This document shows, piece by piece, positions 8,812 to 17,341 of a DNA stretch of 64,000 nt. The stretch is from a virus (lineage: Duplodnaviria > Caudoviricetes), in the IMG/VR virus record IMGVR_UViG_3300028072_000001, positions 4,203 to 68,202 of that record; one strand, written 5' to 3'. Position 1 is the stretch's first letter. Each line of letters opens with the position of its first letter. A program made the position numbers and the translations under genes. The notes under the pieces were generated by a model. That model was not told the origin of the DNA. It did no database searches and saw nothing but the letters and a program-made list of their open reading frames with translations.

Positions 8812-9023
8812 GCCTTAATCCTCATTTCTCGCAAAAAGCACTTGTCTTTCTCCGTCAGGTTCAGCACGGACAGGCGAGCACGCTCCCGCGCCCAGTCATA
8901 ATCTTTCTCTATCCGCGCAATTTCCATATCGGCAAACGCTTGCGCTTTTTGGCGTATCACTTCGCGCATTGCCTCTGCCATCTGGCGCGAGTTAGGGTAA
9001 ACGCTGCGTTTGTCGTCGTCCAC
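8808..9023 (-). CDS. Hypothetical protein
   Basis: 71 aa; GAGGAG SD; coupled in the operon. Confidence 0.6.
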   Translation of the reverse strand: MDDDKRSVYPNSRQMAEAMREVIRQKAQAFADMEIARIEKDYDWARERARLSVLNLTEKDKCFLREMRIKA

Positions 9024-9025
9024 GG

Positions 9026-9331
9026 CTACTCCTCAAATGCAAACGGAATAGGAATCGCTAAAGCTTCGATCACCGCAATTTTGTCCACATCCCCATGCAG
9101 AAACGCCCATACCTCAATCGTGCTTTTCGGAACTGTACTGCTAACCTGGAACGGGAAAGAGAAATACTTGTCCGATTCATTAGTACTCAGGGATTCGAGC
9201 AACGCCAAGTACGCAGCATGTTGCGCTTCATGCCCAACTAGGATAATCAGGTCCGCAGGGTTTCTCTCTTGCAGCGCTGCCGCCAAGATCATCATATTCA
9301 AACTAGAAGAAGAGCAGTAAATTTTCTTCAC
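9026..9331 (-). CDS. Hypothetical protein
   Basis: 101 aa; GTGA overlap with the terL stop. Confidence 0.55.
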   Translation of the reverse strand: MKKIYCSSSSLNMMILAAALQERNPADLIILVGHEAQHAAYLALLESLSTNESDKYFSFPFQVSSTVPKSTIEVWAFLHGDVDKIAVIEALAIPIPFAFEE

Positions 9332-11016
9332 TGCGGCCTCACTCTTCTATACCACGACGGAACCGAAATTGGCTTAGGCGGCCGTTTGAGTGCCGCTTGT
9401 TTCTGGTTGTAATCCTTGTACGCTACCACGGCGCGCGCCATCGGGTCTTTAATCGCCGCCAGTTTTTCCCGCAGCTTGACCGACTCCGGCACATCACTCG
9501 CGTCCAGCAACGTCCCTGCAATTCCGTACCGGCACGCATCCCCAATATCATCATTCAAACTCAACCCTTTCGGCTTAATCACATCCTCAGCCGAACACGT
9601 TATTCCATCGCCGCGAACCAGCAACGGTATAGCCTCTGCCAATGTGGGACACTCGTTTTGTAATACAAAGAACTCATCAGTGTCCAGCAAATCGTACATT
9701 TTCTGCCAGCCGGCCACACGATCTGTATTTGACCGCATAGGCATCGGCAAACCCGCACGCTGCAATAGTTCGCCTACTTCATCGGCCACCGTGCGATTGC
9801 TTACCGTCCGATTGAACCGCTCCCAAGAGAAATGGATTGCCTCAATGTTCCACTTGTAGCCGTACTCGTTGTCCCGCTCCTGCTCCTCGTACTGGTAAGT
9901 ATCGTCTGGGTCAAACGGTTCGCCAGGTTCGGGATACCGCATTTTCGCTCGCGGGATAGACGCAATCAGCGCCTTCGCTTGCTCCTCCGGAGTAGCGCCT
10001 TGCGACTGCCCATCGGCCGCACCGGACATAACCAATTCCTTAATCGCCACATTGACGCGCCGCGGCTTGTCCCATCCAAACTTTAGGTTAGGCTTGAGAA
10101 TCGCCTTGGTGAAAAACACAATCGTAGCGTAGTGGCCGAAACCGTAGTCCCATCCCACCCATACTGGCTGCCAATCCTCAAACGTGAAATCACTAGCAGC
10201 ACGGCAATGGCGCCGCGGTTCCCAGTTCTCGAAGAACTGACCAGAGACCGAATCGAGTCTTCCCCACCTAATCTTGTCCCGCAGCGGACTCTTTTCGAGT
10301 GTCGCAATATACTCCCGATCATTGGCGTAGAGCGGATTCTGGTCTACCGTCGAGTGGAAGTACTCGTAGTCCTCCGCGCTATACTTGTCCTGGTCCATTC
10401 CCTGAAATGGCTTGTGATCTACCCACAGTTTCTTAATCCACGACCAGCCAACACCCATCGGGTTCGTGGCGCCGCCCATTGTTGGACGCGCACCAGGCAA
10501 CGGGCACCGATTGCGGCCGGCCAGAGCATCCCAAATGGCAAACGAAAACTCTCCCAACTCTTCGAACCCGATAAACACATATTCAGTTGACAGGTACTTC
10601 CCAACGTCCGCTTCCCGCTCGCACGCCCCAAAGAATAGTTTGCTCTGCAACATCTTGCCCGTTTCTTTACCGGCGGCATCCAATTCTGGTTGAGGATGAA
10701 AATAAACAATGTGGTCTCCTTGGTGGTAGAACTGGTACATCCACCGCGGTACATCGGCCAGAAACTTGTCGATCACCGTTCGCTTTAGGTCGGGGATTGT
10801 CTTACGCAGGATGATGGTATTCGAGCCAGGATATTCTAAGCAGTGGAAGATTGCTTCCATCAGTAGCGGCCTGGACTTGCCAGAACCGAACCCGCCGACC
10901 TGCAACCGATACTTTGCTGGCGAAACATGGAACGCTATTTGATGTGGCCAAGGTTGATAGAACGAAGAAGTAGTACGGGGCTCACCAGCAGGTTCAGCGA
11001 TTGCGGCAGGACTCAC
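9328..11016 (-). CDS. terL: Terminase large subunit
   Basis: 562 aa; Q motif (PWPHQIAFH), Walker A GGFGSGKS, Walker B FIGFEE, coupling motif GATNP, RNase H-like nuclease with acidic residues (GWDYG, DDIGDACRY). Confidence 0.95.
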   Translation of the reverse strand: MSPAAIAEPAGEPRTTSSFYQPWPHQIAFHVSPAKYRLQVGGFGSGKSRPLLMEAIFHCLEYPGSNTIILRKTIPDLKRTVIDKFLADVPRWMYQFYHQGDHIVYFHPQPELDAAGKETGKMLQSKLFFGACEREADVGKYLSTEYVFIGFEELGEFSFAIWDALAGRNRCPLPGARPTMGGATNPMGVGWSWIKKLWVDHKPFQGMDQDKYSAEDYEYFHSTVDQNPLYANDREYIATLEKSPLRDKIRWGRLDSVSGQFFENWEPRRHCRAASDFTFEDWQPVWVGWDYGFGHYATIVFFTKAILKPNLKFGWDKPRRVNVAIKELVMSGAADGQSQGATPEEQAKALIASIPRAKMRYPEPGEPFDPDDTYQYEEQERDNEYGYKWNIEAIHFSWERFNRTVSNRTVADEVGELLQRAGLPMPMRSNTDRVAGWQKMYDLLDTDEFFVLQNECPTLAEAIPLLVRGDGITCSAEDVIKPKGLSLNDDIGDACRYGIAGTLLDASDVPESVKLREKLAAIKDPMARAVVAYKDYNQKQAALKRPPKPISVPSWYRRVRPQ

Positions 11017-11040
11017 GGGAAGGATACTACCAGAAAACCA

Positions 11041-11177
11041 TTCGGGAGATTAGCCCTCGAAGGAACATGGTGTCTCGCGATGGTCGAACCACCTATGGCG
11101 TGACGCAGTTCACAAAACCAATCCCCCGAACGTCTGTCTAACCCCGCAGTTCTGGAATATACCACAGGGTTAGACAG
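11041..11177 (-). ncRNA. Candidate structured RNA upstream of terL
   Basis: 13-bp helix (11041-11053 with 11118-11130) enclosing small hairpins, plus a 16-bp helix (11134-11149 with 11162-11177). Five pairs are G-U on the minus strand but A-C mismatches on the plus strand. Confidence 0.45.
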
Positions 11178-11841
11178 GAACCGGACCGGCATCCTTCACC
11201 GGCAACTCAATAGCTTGAGGTTTCCCACCCGCCTGACCAGCAGCAATTTGCTTCGCTTGGTGCTCCACAATCGCTTGCTGTACGCCGGAAGAGACCGCCA
11301 TGTTAAACGCTCGATCAGTTCCCTCGCGTATCTCATTCAATCCCAGACCGCACTTGGTACAGACTGTAATTGAATCCTGAACCGGCCCTTGCGGAGTAAT
11401 CCGCATGCCGCCAGGCATTGCCGCAATCGAATGCCCATGTTCAGCGCATACCCTCGCAGCAATCGCAGACGCTACCGCACTATCAGGACACGGATTCTTA
11501 GGCGCTTCGCTCATCTCTTTTTTCCCTTCGTAAATGAAGTTAAACATATTCGGTGCCAGTTCTACCATCCGAAACTCAATCGACGGAAAGCGTTTTTCTA
11601 AATGCTCTGCCACTTGGTCCAGCATCTTATCCAGGTCCGCAGCAGAGTACCCGCGGCGCGCCGGCGGATGCGACCGCCAGACAATATCCTTCATTCCAGG
11701 GATGCAGACTCGCACCCGCATCTCACGCCATAGCCGCTCGCCGCTTGCGCTTCGTTTCAATGCCGCTCCAGATATACAGCGAACCACATGCCGACACCCA
11801 CACCAAGAGAGAAGACCGCGAACATGCCGGCAGCTATCCAA
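11170..11841 (-). CDS. Hypothetical protein with a C-terminal Cys/His (zinc-ribbon-like) motif; start uncertain
   Basis: 223-aa ORF containing CAEHGH...CTKCG; the true start may be a later ATG. Confidence 0.55.
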   Translation of the reverse strand: MDSCRHVRGLLSWCGCRHVVRCISGAALKRSASGERLWREMRVRVCIPGMKDIVWRSHPPARRGYSAADLDKMLDQVAEHLEKRFPSIEFRMVELAPNMFNFIYEGKKEMSEAPKNPCPDSAVASAIAARVCAEHGHSIAAMPGGMRITPQGPVQDSITVCTKCGLGLNEIREGTDRAFNMAVSSGVQQAIVEHQAKQIAAGQAGGKPQAIELPVKDAGPVPV

Positions 11842-11851
11842 CGGTTACGCC

Positions 11852-12091
11852 TCATTGCTTTGTGACCAGTGCTTGCATGCGTGCCGTGTGGTCTTCGAGA
11901 ATCCTAACCCATTCCAGTAAACGCTCTGCATCCGGCAGCAGGTTATTAAGAACAGCCGGCGGATACCAGAACACCATTTCGCCTTTATCCTGCATCACTA
12001 CCATGATCGGCAGACGGCGCCCTTGCATGACTTCGAGCACTAGGCGACCCTCGGCAGTATGGATTAGCTGGTCTATGTCTAGGTCGCTCAA
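11852..12091 (-). CDS. Hypothetical protein
   Basis: 79 aa; TTG start overlaps the upstream TGA. Confidence 0.55.
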   Translation of the reverse strand: MSDLDIDQLIHTAEGRLVLEVMQGRRLPIMVVMQDKGEMVFWYPPAVLNNLLPDAERLLEWVRILEDHTARMQALVTKQ

Positions 12092-12222
12092 TTTCCCACC
12101 AGTTCAGAACCTAATAGAATCTGTTGTATAGCTTCCACGGCTAACTCGCGATCATCGACGAACCGGAGAGCTTCGTAAATCTCCTCCGCCAGTTTGCGCG
12201 TTGCTTCGGTTAGGTCACTCAT
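12088..12222 (-). CDS. Small hypothetical protein (MSDLTEATRKLAEEIYEALR...)
   Basis: 44 aa translated by hand; fills the gap with 4-nt overlaps at both ends. Confidence 0.6.
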   Translation of the reverse strand: MSDLTEATRKLAEEIYEALRFVDDRELAVEAIQQILLGSELVGN

Positions 12223-12578
12223 CGGCCGCGCTCCATCTCGCGAACAGCGTCATAGAGTTTATGCAACGCTTTGTAAGGTAACTCGCCGGCGCCACATGCC
12301 GTGCCAGCTTGCGCTAGTTCGCTCGCAGCGATCAGCACATCATTGACGCGCTTGGGAGACTCCTCGCTAACGCTTTCCCATCTCCCTGGCAGTAGCCGCA
12401 ACCAGAACGCAGCCTGATCGGTCATTCCCCTAGATTGTGCCAGCAGCGCCAGGGCCAAATACGGAACAGACTGCGCGGCTTGCTCTATGAACGGCCGCAG
12501 AACCTCATCTGTAAAGATTCGCGCTGGTTCATCATGCGCCAGGGCGCGTATGCGATTCTCTATGCACAGTTCGATCAT
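12219..12578 (-). CDS. Hypothetical protein
   Basis: 119 aa; ATGA-coupled. Confidence 0.6.
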   Translation of the reverse strand: MIELCIENRIRALAHDEPARIFTDEVLRPFIEQAAQSVPYLALALLAQSRGMTDQAAFWLRLLPGRWESVSEESPKRVNDVLIAASELAQAGTACGAGELPYKALHKLYDAVREMERGR

Positions 12579-13057
12579 TTCTTGAACCGACTTTCTTTCT
12601 TAGGCACTCCGCCCAAGGGAATATCGTTTGTCTTACGGTAGGACGTACACGTATTGCAGAGACACGTCAGCCGATTGGATGCGGCCGTGTGAATTACTGG
12701 AATCGTATTGGACTGCGAAGGCGTATCGGACGCCAGACTTTCTCCAACAATTCCTGTATCGACTGGCGGAATATCTGTTGCTCTATGTCCATCACTCGCA
12801 CTTCGCGAGCGTCCACGTCCGCCGGCAGCAACGCGCCGTCTAGGAACCGTAGTTCCGTTAGACCGTGACAGGTTTTTATCATTCGAACTTCCATTGCCTT
12901 GCTCACTCTCCAGAGTGGAGTGCTTTGCTGCATCCATCCCGACCCGTGCTAAACATGCTCTGCGAATCCATTCTGAAATTGACATACCGCGCAGGTTCGC
13001 AGCAGTTGTCCACTCTTTCAGGTCTGAATCGATAACCCGAATTGTCACAGTAGGCAT
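12575..13057 (-). CDS. Ribbon-helix-helix (Arc/CopG-like) DNA-binding protein with a C-terminal Cys motif
   Basis: N-terminal MPTVTIRVIDSDLKEWTTAANLRGMSISEWIRRAC fits the RHH strand-helix-helix pattern; ends with CLCNTC. Start placed at ATG 13057. Confidence 0.65.
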   Translation of the reverse strand: MPTVTIRVIDSDLKEWTTAANLRGMSISEWIRRACLARVGMDAAKHSTLESEQGNGSSNDKNLSRSNGTTVPRRRVAAGGRGRSRSASDGHRATDIPPVDTGIVGESLASDTPSQSNTIPVIHTAASNRLTCLCNTCTSYRKTNDIPLGGVPKKESRFKK

Positions 13058-13121
13058 GTAAGACACGCAGCTTACAATAGGACGGATAGGGTATGCAAGC
13101 GAATTGTCTTACAGGTGTAAG
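13057..13121. promoter_or_regulatory. Promoter with four TGTAAG/CTTACA boxes (putative RHH operator)
   Basis: TGTAAGACA (13057-13065) / TGTCTTACA (13105-13113) inverted pair plus CTTACA (13071) and TGTAAG (13116), overlapping TTGCAT-18-TAAGCT on the minus strand. Confidence 0.55.
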
Positions 13122-13727
13122 TCAGTCGTCAGACGGCTTGTGGCCGTTCCCATTGCCATTATGCCCGTTCTTATGGCCGTTACCGTTTGTAGGCGCCGGC
13201 AGCGCAGCAGCACCAGCACCGACCAGACGCGGCGGCCGCGGAGCATCCACCACAATCACGCGTATCCCCATATCAACCGGAGTCCGATCTTCCGCGAAGA
13301 GTTTGTGATAACGCGCCAGCAGTTCCAGCGCATGCAGTTGATTCGTTAGCTTGATCTTATCTGTACGCTTGCCAGTGTGTTCAATCGCATGGATACAGGC
13401 GGCGGTATCTTCGTCTAAATCCTCAATCCTCTTAATAGAGCCGTCAGAATTGAATAGGCGCCGAGGGTCAACAAAAGCATGCCGCGCAATCTGTAATAGT
13501 GTTCGTTGGACGCCAAAATCCATTTTTTTTTCGGCCGGCGCGGAAAACTGCTTAACCAGCGCCTTCACCTTATGATTCTTTAAGAGAGCCGACGCTTGGA
13601 AAGCAGCAGTCTTGCGGGAGTAGCCGGCAGCGATGGCAGCTTGTGTTCCGTTGAATTGAAGAATGACGTACTGGCGAGCGAAGGATTCAAGACGCGCCTG
13701 GACTTTGTGATTAGACTTGCGGCCCAT
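13122..13727 (-). CDS. terS: Terminase small subunit
   Basis: FARQYV...NGTQAAIAAGYSRKTAAFQASALLKN is the Terminase_2-type HTH signature. Confidence 0.9.
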   Translation of the reverse strand: MGRKSNHKVQARLESFARQYVILQFNGTQAAIAAGYSRKTAAFQASALLKNHKVKALVKQFSAPAEKKMDFGVQRTLLQIARHAFVDPRRLFNSDGSIKRIEDLDEDTAACIHAIEHTGKRTDKIKLTNQLHALELLARYHKLFAEDRTPVDMGIRVIVVDAPRPPRLVGAGAAALPAPTNGNGHKNGHNGNGNGHKPSDD

Positions 13728-13765
13728 GATGACCGGATTCTAGCACCAGTACTCACAAACTAGAA

Positions 13766-14179
13766 TTATTTTGTGCGCCGTGGTGTGAAGACTGGAACCG
13801 GAGAACGCCTACACTTGTTTTTCTTCCACCACGCGTCCCAATCCATTTTAACGTGCGCGTTGCGATGGCACGACCGGCAGAGATACATCAGATTTTTGGG
13901 ATTATTGAAGGTTTCGAGTTGAGTACAGGTTTTCTTTTTATGGTGAATGTGGCCCTCGCCGGTCCCTAAAAGTAACTGGCAAGACTCGCACATGCTATTA
14001 GCCCTTTCACGAACTAGATCGAATGTGGCAGCGTCAGGCCGGACTAATTGCTGTACCCGCTGTCTACTCACGCCCAATGCCCGACCAGCCGCAGCGTAAC
14101 TCATTCCCTCAATAACAAAGAGCCTAAACGCCTCTTGTTTTTCTACGCCAGGTTTAGGACCGCGCTTTTTATTTGCCAT
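13766..14179 (-). CDS. HTH (sigma70 region 4-like) plus HNH nuclease fusion protein
   Basis: GMSYAAAGRALGVSRQRVQQL HTH, then CESC...HIHH...N..NLMYLCRSCHRNAH. Start reassigned to ATG 14179. Confidence 0.75.
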   Translation of the reverse strand: MANKKRGPKPGVEKQEAFRLFVIEGMSYAAAGRALGVSRQRVQQLVRPDAATFDLVRERANSMCESCQLLLGTGEGHIHHKKKTCTQLETFNNPKNLMYLCRSCHRNAHVKMDWDAWWKKNKCRRSPVPVFTPRRTK

Positions 14180-14186
14180 GCTCAAG

Positions 14187-14230
14187 ATTTTACAAAATAA
14201 CTCTTGACAGACGCAAGGGTTTTTTATACT
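14187..14230. promoter_or_regulatory. Back-to-back promoters at the late/early divergence point
   Basis: Minus strand: TTGCGT-18-TAAAAT, 7 nt before ATG 14179. Plus strand: TTGACA (14204)-15-TATACT (14225), a short spacer. The -35 regions overlap in the quasi-palindrome TTGACAGACGCAA. Confidence 0.5.
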
Positions 14231-14286
14231 TTGGGGTTGCCACAGTTGCTCCGGACTAAAAAGAGCACGGTCGGCAGGAGAATCAG

Positions 14287-15015
14287 ATGGCCACTTCCTT
14301 AGCAATCCAGCAAGAAGCACTTAGCCGCGCAACCAGTTCGCAATCCCTAGCCAATTATGCCGCGATCATCCGCGGGTTTATGGCCAAGGGTTTGAGCGAA
14401 TCTGAAATCAAGCCACGCGAAAACGTATTTACGTTTAACGCTTGGAAAGCGCTTGGCCGTGTAGTCCGCAAGGGTGAGCATGGCGTGAAGTGCATCACGG
14501 TGATTACCACGAAGGACAAGCGCACCGGCCGAGAAGAACGCCGCCCCTGGACTACGACGGTTTTCCACGTATCGCAGACGCAGCCCGTAGGCACCGAATA
14601 CGTGCGCGTCCCGACACCGACCGCACCCCTAGAAATCAATTCTCTTGACCTGGACGCCACGCCGGAGAATATCCCGTACGCCGGAGAGGAAGAGACCAGC
14701 ACCGCGGAACTCTTGGAGCACTCCGCGGCCGTGCATGCAATTCAGAAGTTTTCCCCCGATGCCACTGTGGAGACTTTCACCCTGGACGAGAATTGCAAAC
14801 TGGTCCGCGAGACTCCCGAACCGCCGAAAGACTCCGCCAGTGTCCGCGCAATGCGTGGCGAGCAGGTCTCTATTATGGACATTATTGCAGAGCTTCCGAA
14901 TCGCGAGACCCGCGAAACCCTTGCACAGCACGACCGGAGAATTGACCGCGAGTACCGCGCAGCAAAGCGCAACGTGCAACAGGTCTACCAGAACAGCAAG
15001 ACGGTGAACTTCTAA
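14287..15015 (+). CDS. ArdC-like N-terminal ssDNA-binding domain protein (anti-restriction-like)
   Basis: FTFNAWKALGRVVRKGEHG matches the ArdC/DUF1738 N-domain motif; first early gene; AGGAG SD. Confidence 0.75.
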   Translation: MATSLAIQQEALSRATSSQSLANYAAIIRGFMAKGLSESEIKPRENVFTFNAWKALGRVVRKGEHGVKCITVITTKDKRTGREERRPWTTTVFHVSQTQPVGTEYVRVPTPTAPLEINSLDLDATPENIPYAGEEETSTAELLEHSAAVHAIQKFSPDATVETFTLDENCKLVRETPEPPKDSASVRAMRGEQVSIMDIIAELPNRETRETLAQHDRRIDREYRAAKRNVQQVYQNSKTVNF

Positions 15016-15185
15016 TGAATAACACCGTACTCGCCCTAGCTTTAGCTTTGACAAGTTTGGCGAACGCAAAGCAATCTAACCGTCCCTTCCGCGAAGTTTG
15101 GATTTGGGAATCCGCTTGCAAGCGTTTAGCGATTCGCGCACGCCGCCGCATCCTTCACTTTGCTATGGAAGGATTGCGCCCATGA
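15015..15185 (+). CDS. Small hypothetical protein with a hydrophobic N-terminus (MNNTVLALALALTSLANAK...)
   Basis: 56 aa translated by hand; TAATG and ATGA coupling at the two ends. Confidence 0.55.
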   Translation: MNNTVLALALALTSLANAKQSNRPFREVWIWESACKRLAIRARRRILHFAMEGLRP

Positions 15186-15301
15186 CCGAAGCGATCACAA
15201 CACTTGACGCGATCATCACGGCGAACGCAACCGGATTACTTGCGGCCGCCTTCGTTATCTCACTTGCACTATCTATAGCCGCAAGGCTAGGAAGAAGGTA
15301 A
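15182..15301 (+). CDS. Small single-TM protein
   Basis: 39 aa (MTEAITTLDAII...LAAAFVISLALSIAARLGRR) from ATG 15182. Confidence 0.5.
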   Translation: MTEAITTLDAIITANATGLLAAAFVISLALSIAARLGRR

Positions 15302-15303
15302 CA

Positions 15304-15483
15304 ATGAAGCCAAAAATAATTAACGTACAGCGCGATATGTCCGACTGGACCTGCGAAAAGTGTGGACAGGTAAACCAAGAATTTTTTCCTTGGCCAGTAA
15401 ACGCAGAGTGTGAGAAGTGCGGACACGCGCAGCAGTTCGGCAAGGCAGCATTGGAGCACGCAAAGCAGCAAATGGCACATTAG
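15304..15483 (+). CDS. Zinc-ribbon protein (WTCEKCGQVN...ECEKCG)
   Basis: 59 aa translated by hand; two CxxC motifs; GAAGG SD. Confidence 0.65.
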   Translation: MKPKIINVQRDMSDWTCEKCGQVNQEFFPWPVNAECEKCGHAQQFGKAALEHAKQQMAH

Positions 15484-15582
15484 ACAGTTCGCCCATGCTG
15501 CCCTGGTAGCATGGACCGATTGCCTAGCAATCGACGCCCACAGTGGAGAGCCAACTCACGGTAGGGCAGGAGAATAGAACAA

Positions 15583-16662
15583 ATGGAACTCTTTGCAGCT
15601 AACAAACAGTGGAGCACCAGGCCGGCAGATGAACGCTTCGCCAGTCTGCAAGCTCTGTACGACGCTACCAAGCACTACGCCGACATTGCCAAAGAAAAGC
15701 GCATGCCGTTCGCAGACTTGCGCGTCGAGAACGTGGACGGAGATGTGCAACTGGTCGGCAAGGCAGGAGTACCCGCCAAGCTAACGCATTGGGCCTTTGG
15801 CCAGCTTTGTGCGAGACTCGAAGCACCAGCGAGTTACCTACGCGACCTGCCGGCAACGCTCGCATGCCAAAACCTTAACTATGGACTCGCCGCACGCTTG
15901 CAGAATGGCGCAGCCAACGCCGTGGCCAATTTGATGTTTCACGAAAACGGCGGATTACTGCTCCGCTCGATTGTGACCGACGACTACTCGCGCATCTGGA
16001 ACTATGAAGTTGCCGAACGCTTGCTTGGATTGCAGGAGCAAGGATGGACGCCGGCAATGCCGGATATTCGTTGCACCGAAGACGACTTTCCAGCACTGTA
16101 CGCTTCGGACCATGATATGTTCGCCTTTCTCCGCAACTCCGATCTAACCGTAACCGAACGCGGCAGCGATGGCGCCGTCTACAAAGGCGTGATTGTGCAG
16201 AACTCCGAAGTAGGAGCCAGCGCACTCAAGCTAACCCGCTTCCTGTATCGCGAGATGTGCGGGAATCACATCATCTGGGGTGCTTCTAAGGTCGTCGAAA
16301 TCAGCGTCCGCCACGCTGGAAACGCTCGCAGCAAGTGGTCACAGTACTTCGCGGCCGTCCGCCGGTATGCGGAAGAATCCACATCCGACCTCGAAGCGCA
16401 AATTGCAGCGTCCAAGGTTCGCGTGATCGGCGCGACCAAAGAAGATGTACTTGACGCCCTTTTTGGCAAGCGCATACCAGGATTGACACGCAAAGCGATT
16501 GACGCGGGTTATGATGCCGTGGACGTTGCCCAAGACGGACCACGTAACACCGTTTGGGGAATGGTGCAAGGTCTCACGCGGTATTCTCAGACGATCAAGT
16601 ACGCCGACGGCCGCACCGAACTGGACCGCGCAGCCGGCAAGCTAATGGAGGCAACTTTCTAA
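15583..16662 (+). CDS. DUF932/DUF945-family phage/plasmid protein
   Basis: 359 aa; LTHWAFGQLC, SDHDMFAFL, GVIVQNSEVG, FLYREMCGNHIIWG and TVWGMVQGLT motifs typical of DUF932. Confidence 0.8.
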   Translation: MELFAANKQWSTRPADERFASLQALYDATKHYADIAKEKRMPFADLRVENVDGDVQLVGKAGVPAKLTHWAFGQLCARLEAPASYLRDLPATLACQNLNYGLAARLQNGAANAVANLMFHENGGLLLRSIVTDDYSRIWNYEVAERLLGLQEQGWTPAMPDIRCTEDDFPALYASDHDMFAFLRNSDLTVTERGSDGAVYKGVIVQNSEVGASALKLTRFLYREMCGNHIIWGASKVVEISVRHAGNARSKWSQYFAAVRRYAEESTSDLEAQIAASKVRVIGATKEDVLDALFGKRIPGLTRKAIDAGYDAVDVAQDGPRNTVWGMVQGLTRYSQTIKYADGRTELDRAAGKLMEATF

Positions 16663-16667
16663 GGAAC

Positions 16668-16688
16668 GGGGAGAGATTTTCTCTCCCC
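16668..16688 (+). terminator. Hairpin after the DUF932 gene
   Basis: GGGGAGAG-ATTTT-CTCTCCCC; no U-tract, so it could be a stabiliser or processing site instead. Confidence 0.4.
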
Positions 16689-16712
16689 AACTTCCAGCGA
16701 AGGGAAAACACC

Positions 16713-17102
16713 ATGAAAACCGTATACATTTGCCAAAACTGCGAGCAGCAATGGGAAAAGCGCGAACTCAGACCAACCAGCGGAGAAACCACAGCAGCCG
16801 GAGCATGCCCCGATTGTGGCATGCCTTGCCATGAAGGGACCGCGGCCGAACGGAGCGTAAACTTGCCGGCCGCCGAAGTCGTAGCGCAACTCCGCTCACA
16901 CCGTACCCAGATATTCGCGGAGTTTTTCGAAGACCGATGGCCGCCCGACGTTTCAGATACTTGTGACGCGGCCGAAGCTGGTACGGACTGCGTAGAGTTG
17001 AAACTGCCCGAAGATCAGTACTGTATCTGCTGCCAGACCTACGCCGCAATATGCCGCGAATGGTACGCCAAACCAGAGATTAGGGAAAGGATGCGCGCAT
17101 GA
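16713..17102 (+). CDS. Cys-rich hypothetical protein (several CxxC motifs)
   Basis: Start at ATG 16713 after AGGGA; contains CQNC, CPDC and CICC..C. Confidence 0.6.
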   Translation: MKTVYICQNCEQQWEKRELRPTSGETTAAGACPDCGMPCHEGTAAERSVNLPAAEVVAQLRSHRTQIFAEFFEDRWPPDVSDTCDAAEAGTDCVELKLPEDQYCICCQTYAAICREWYAKPEIRERMRA

Positions 17103-17341
17103 TACGCAGCCAGCCGGTACAGGTTCGCTACGCGAAAGGATACTTCTATGTTGCGCCGTTCATATACGACTCGCGCAAGTGGAGCCTGTACTCGCCGGAA
17201 GGAGTTTGCTTGTCAGTCAACGATTCGAAACGGGAAGCAGAGCAGGAGTTACGCAATCGGACGGATGCGCTTGTAGCCAACGACGCGCTCCAAGCCGAGA
17301 GCCGTAAGGATGGAGTCTGGAATTGGCCGCCGACCGCTTAG
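17099..17341 (+). CDS. Hypothetical protein
   Basis: 80 aa; ATGA-coupled. Confidence 0.5.
   Translation: MIRSQPVQVRYAKGYFYVAPFIYDSRKWSLYSPEGVCLSVNDSKREAEQELRNRTDALVANDALQAESRKDGVWNWPPTA

Noticed and set aside
9328-11016. Intein or intron in terL (acidic insertion in the nuclease domain)
   Set aside because: The insertion is short, lacks intein C/S...HN-C/S/T ends and does not break the frame.
13766-14320. Track start at 14320 for the HTH-HNH ORF
   Set aside because: The extension runs across the divergent promoters and overlaps the plus-strand ardC-like start; ATG 14179 fits a leaderless promoter.
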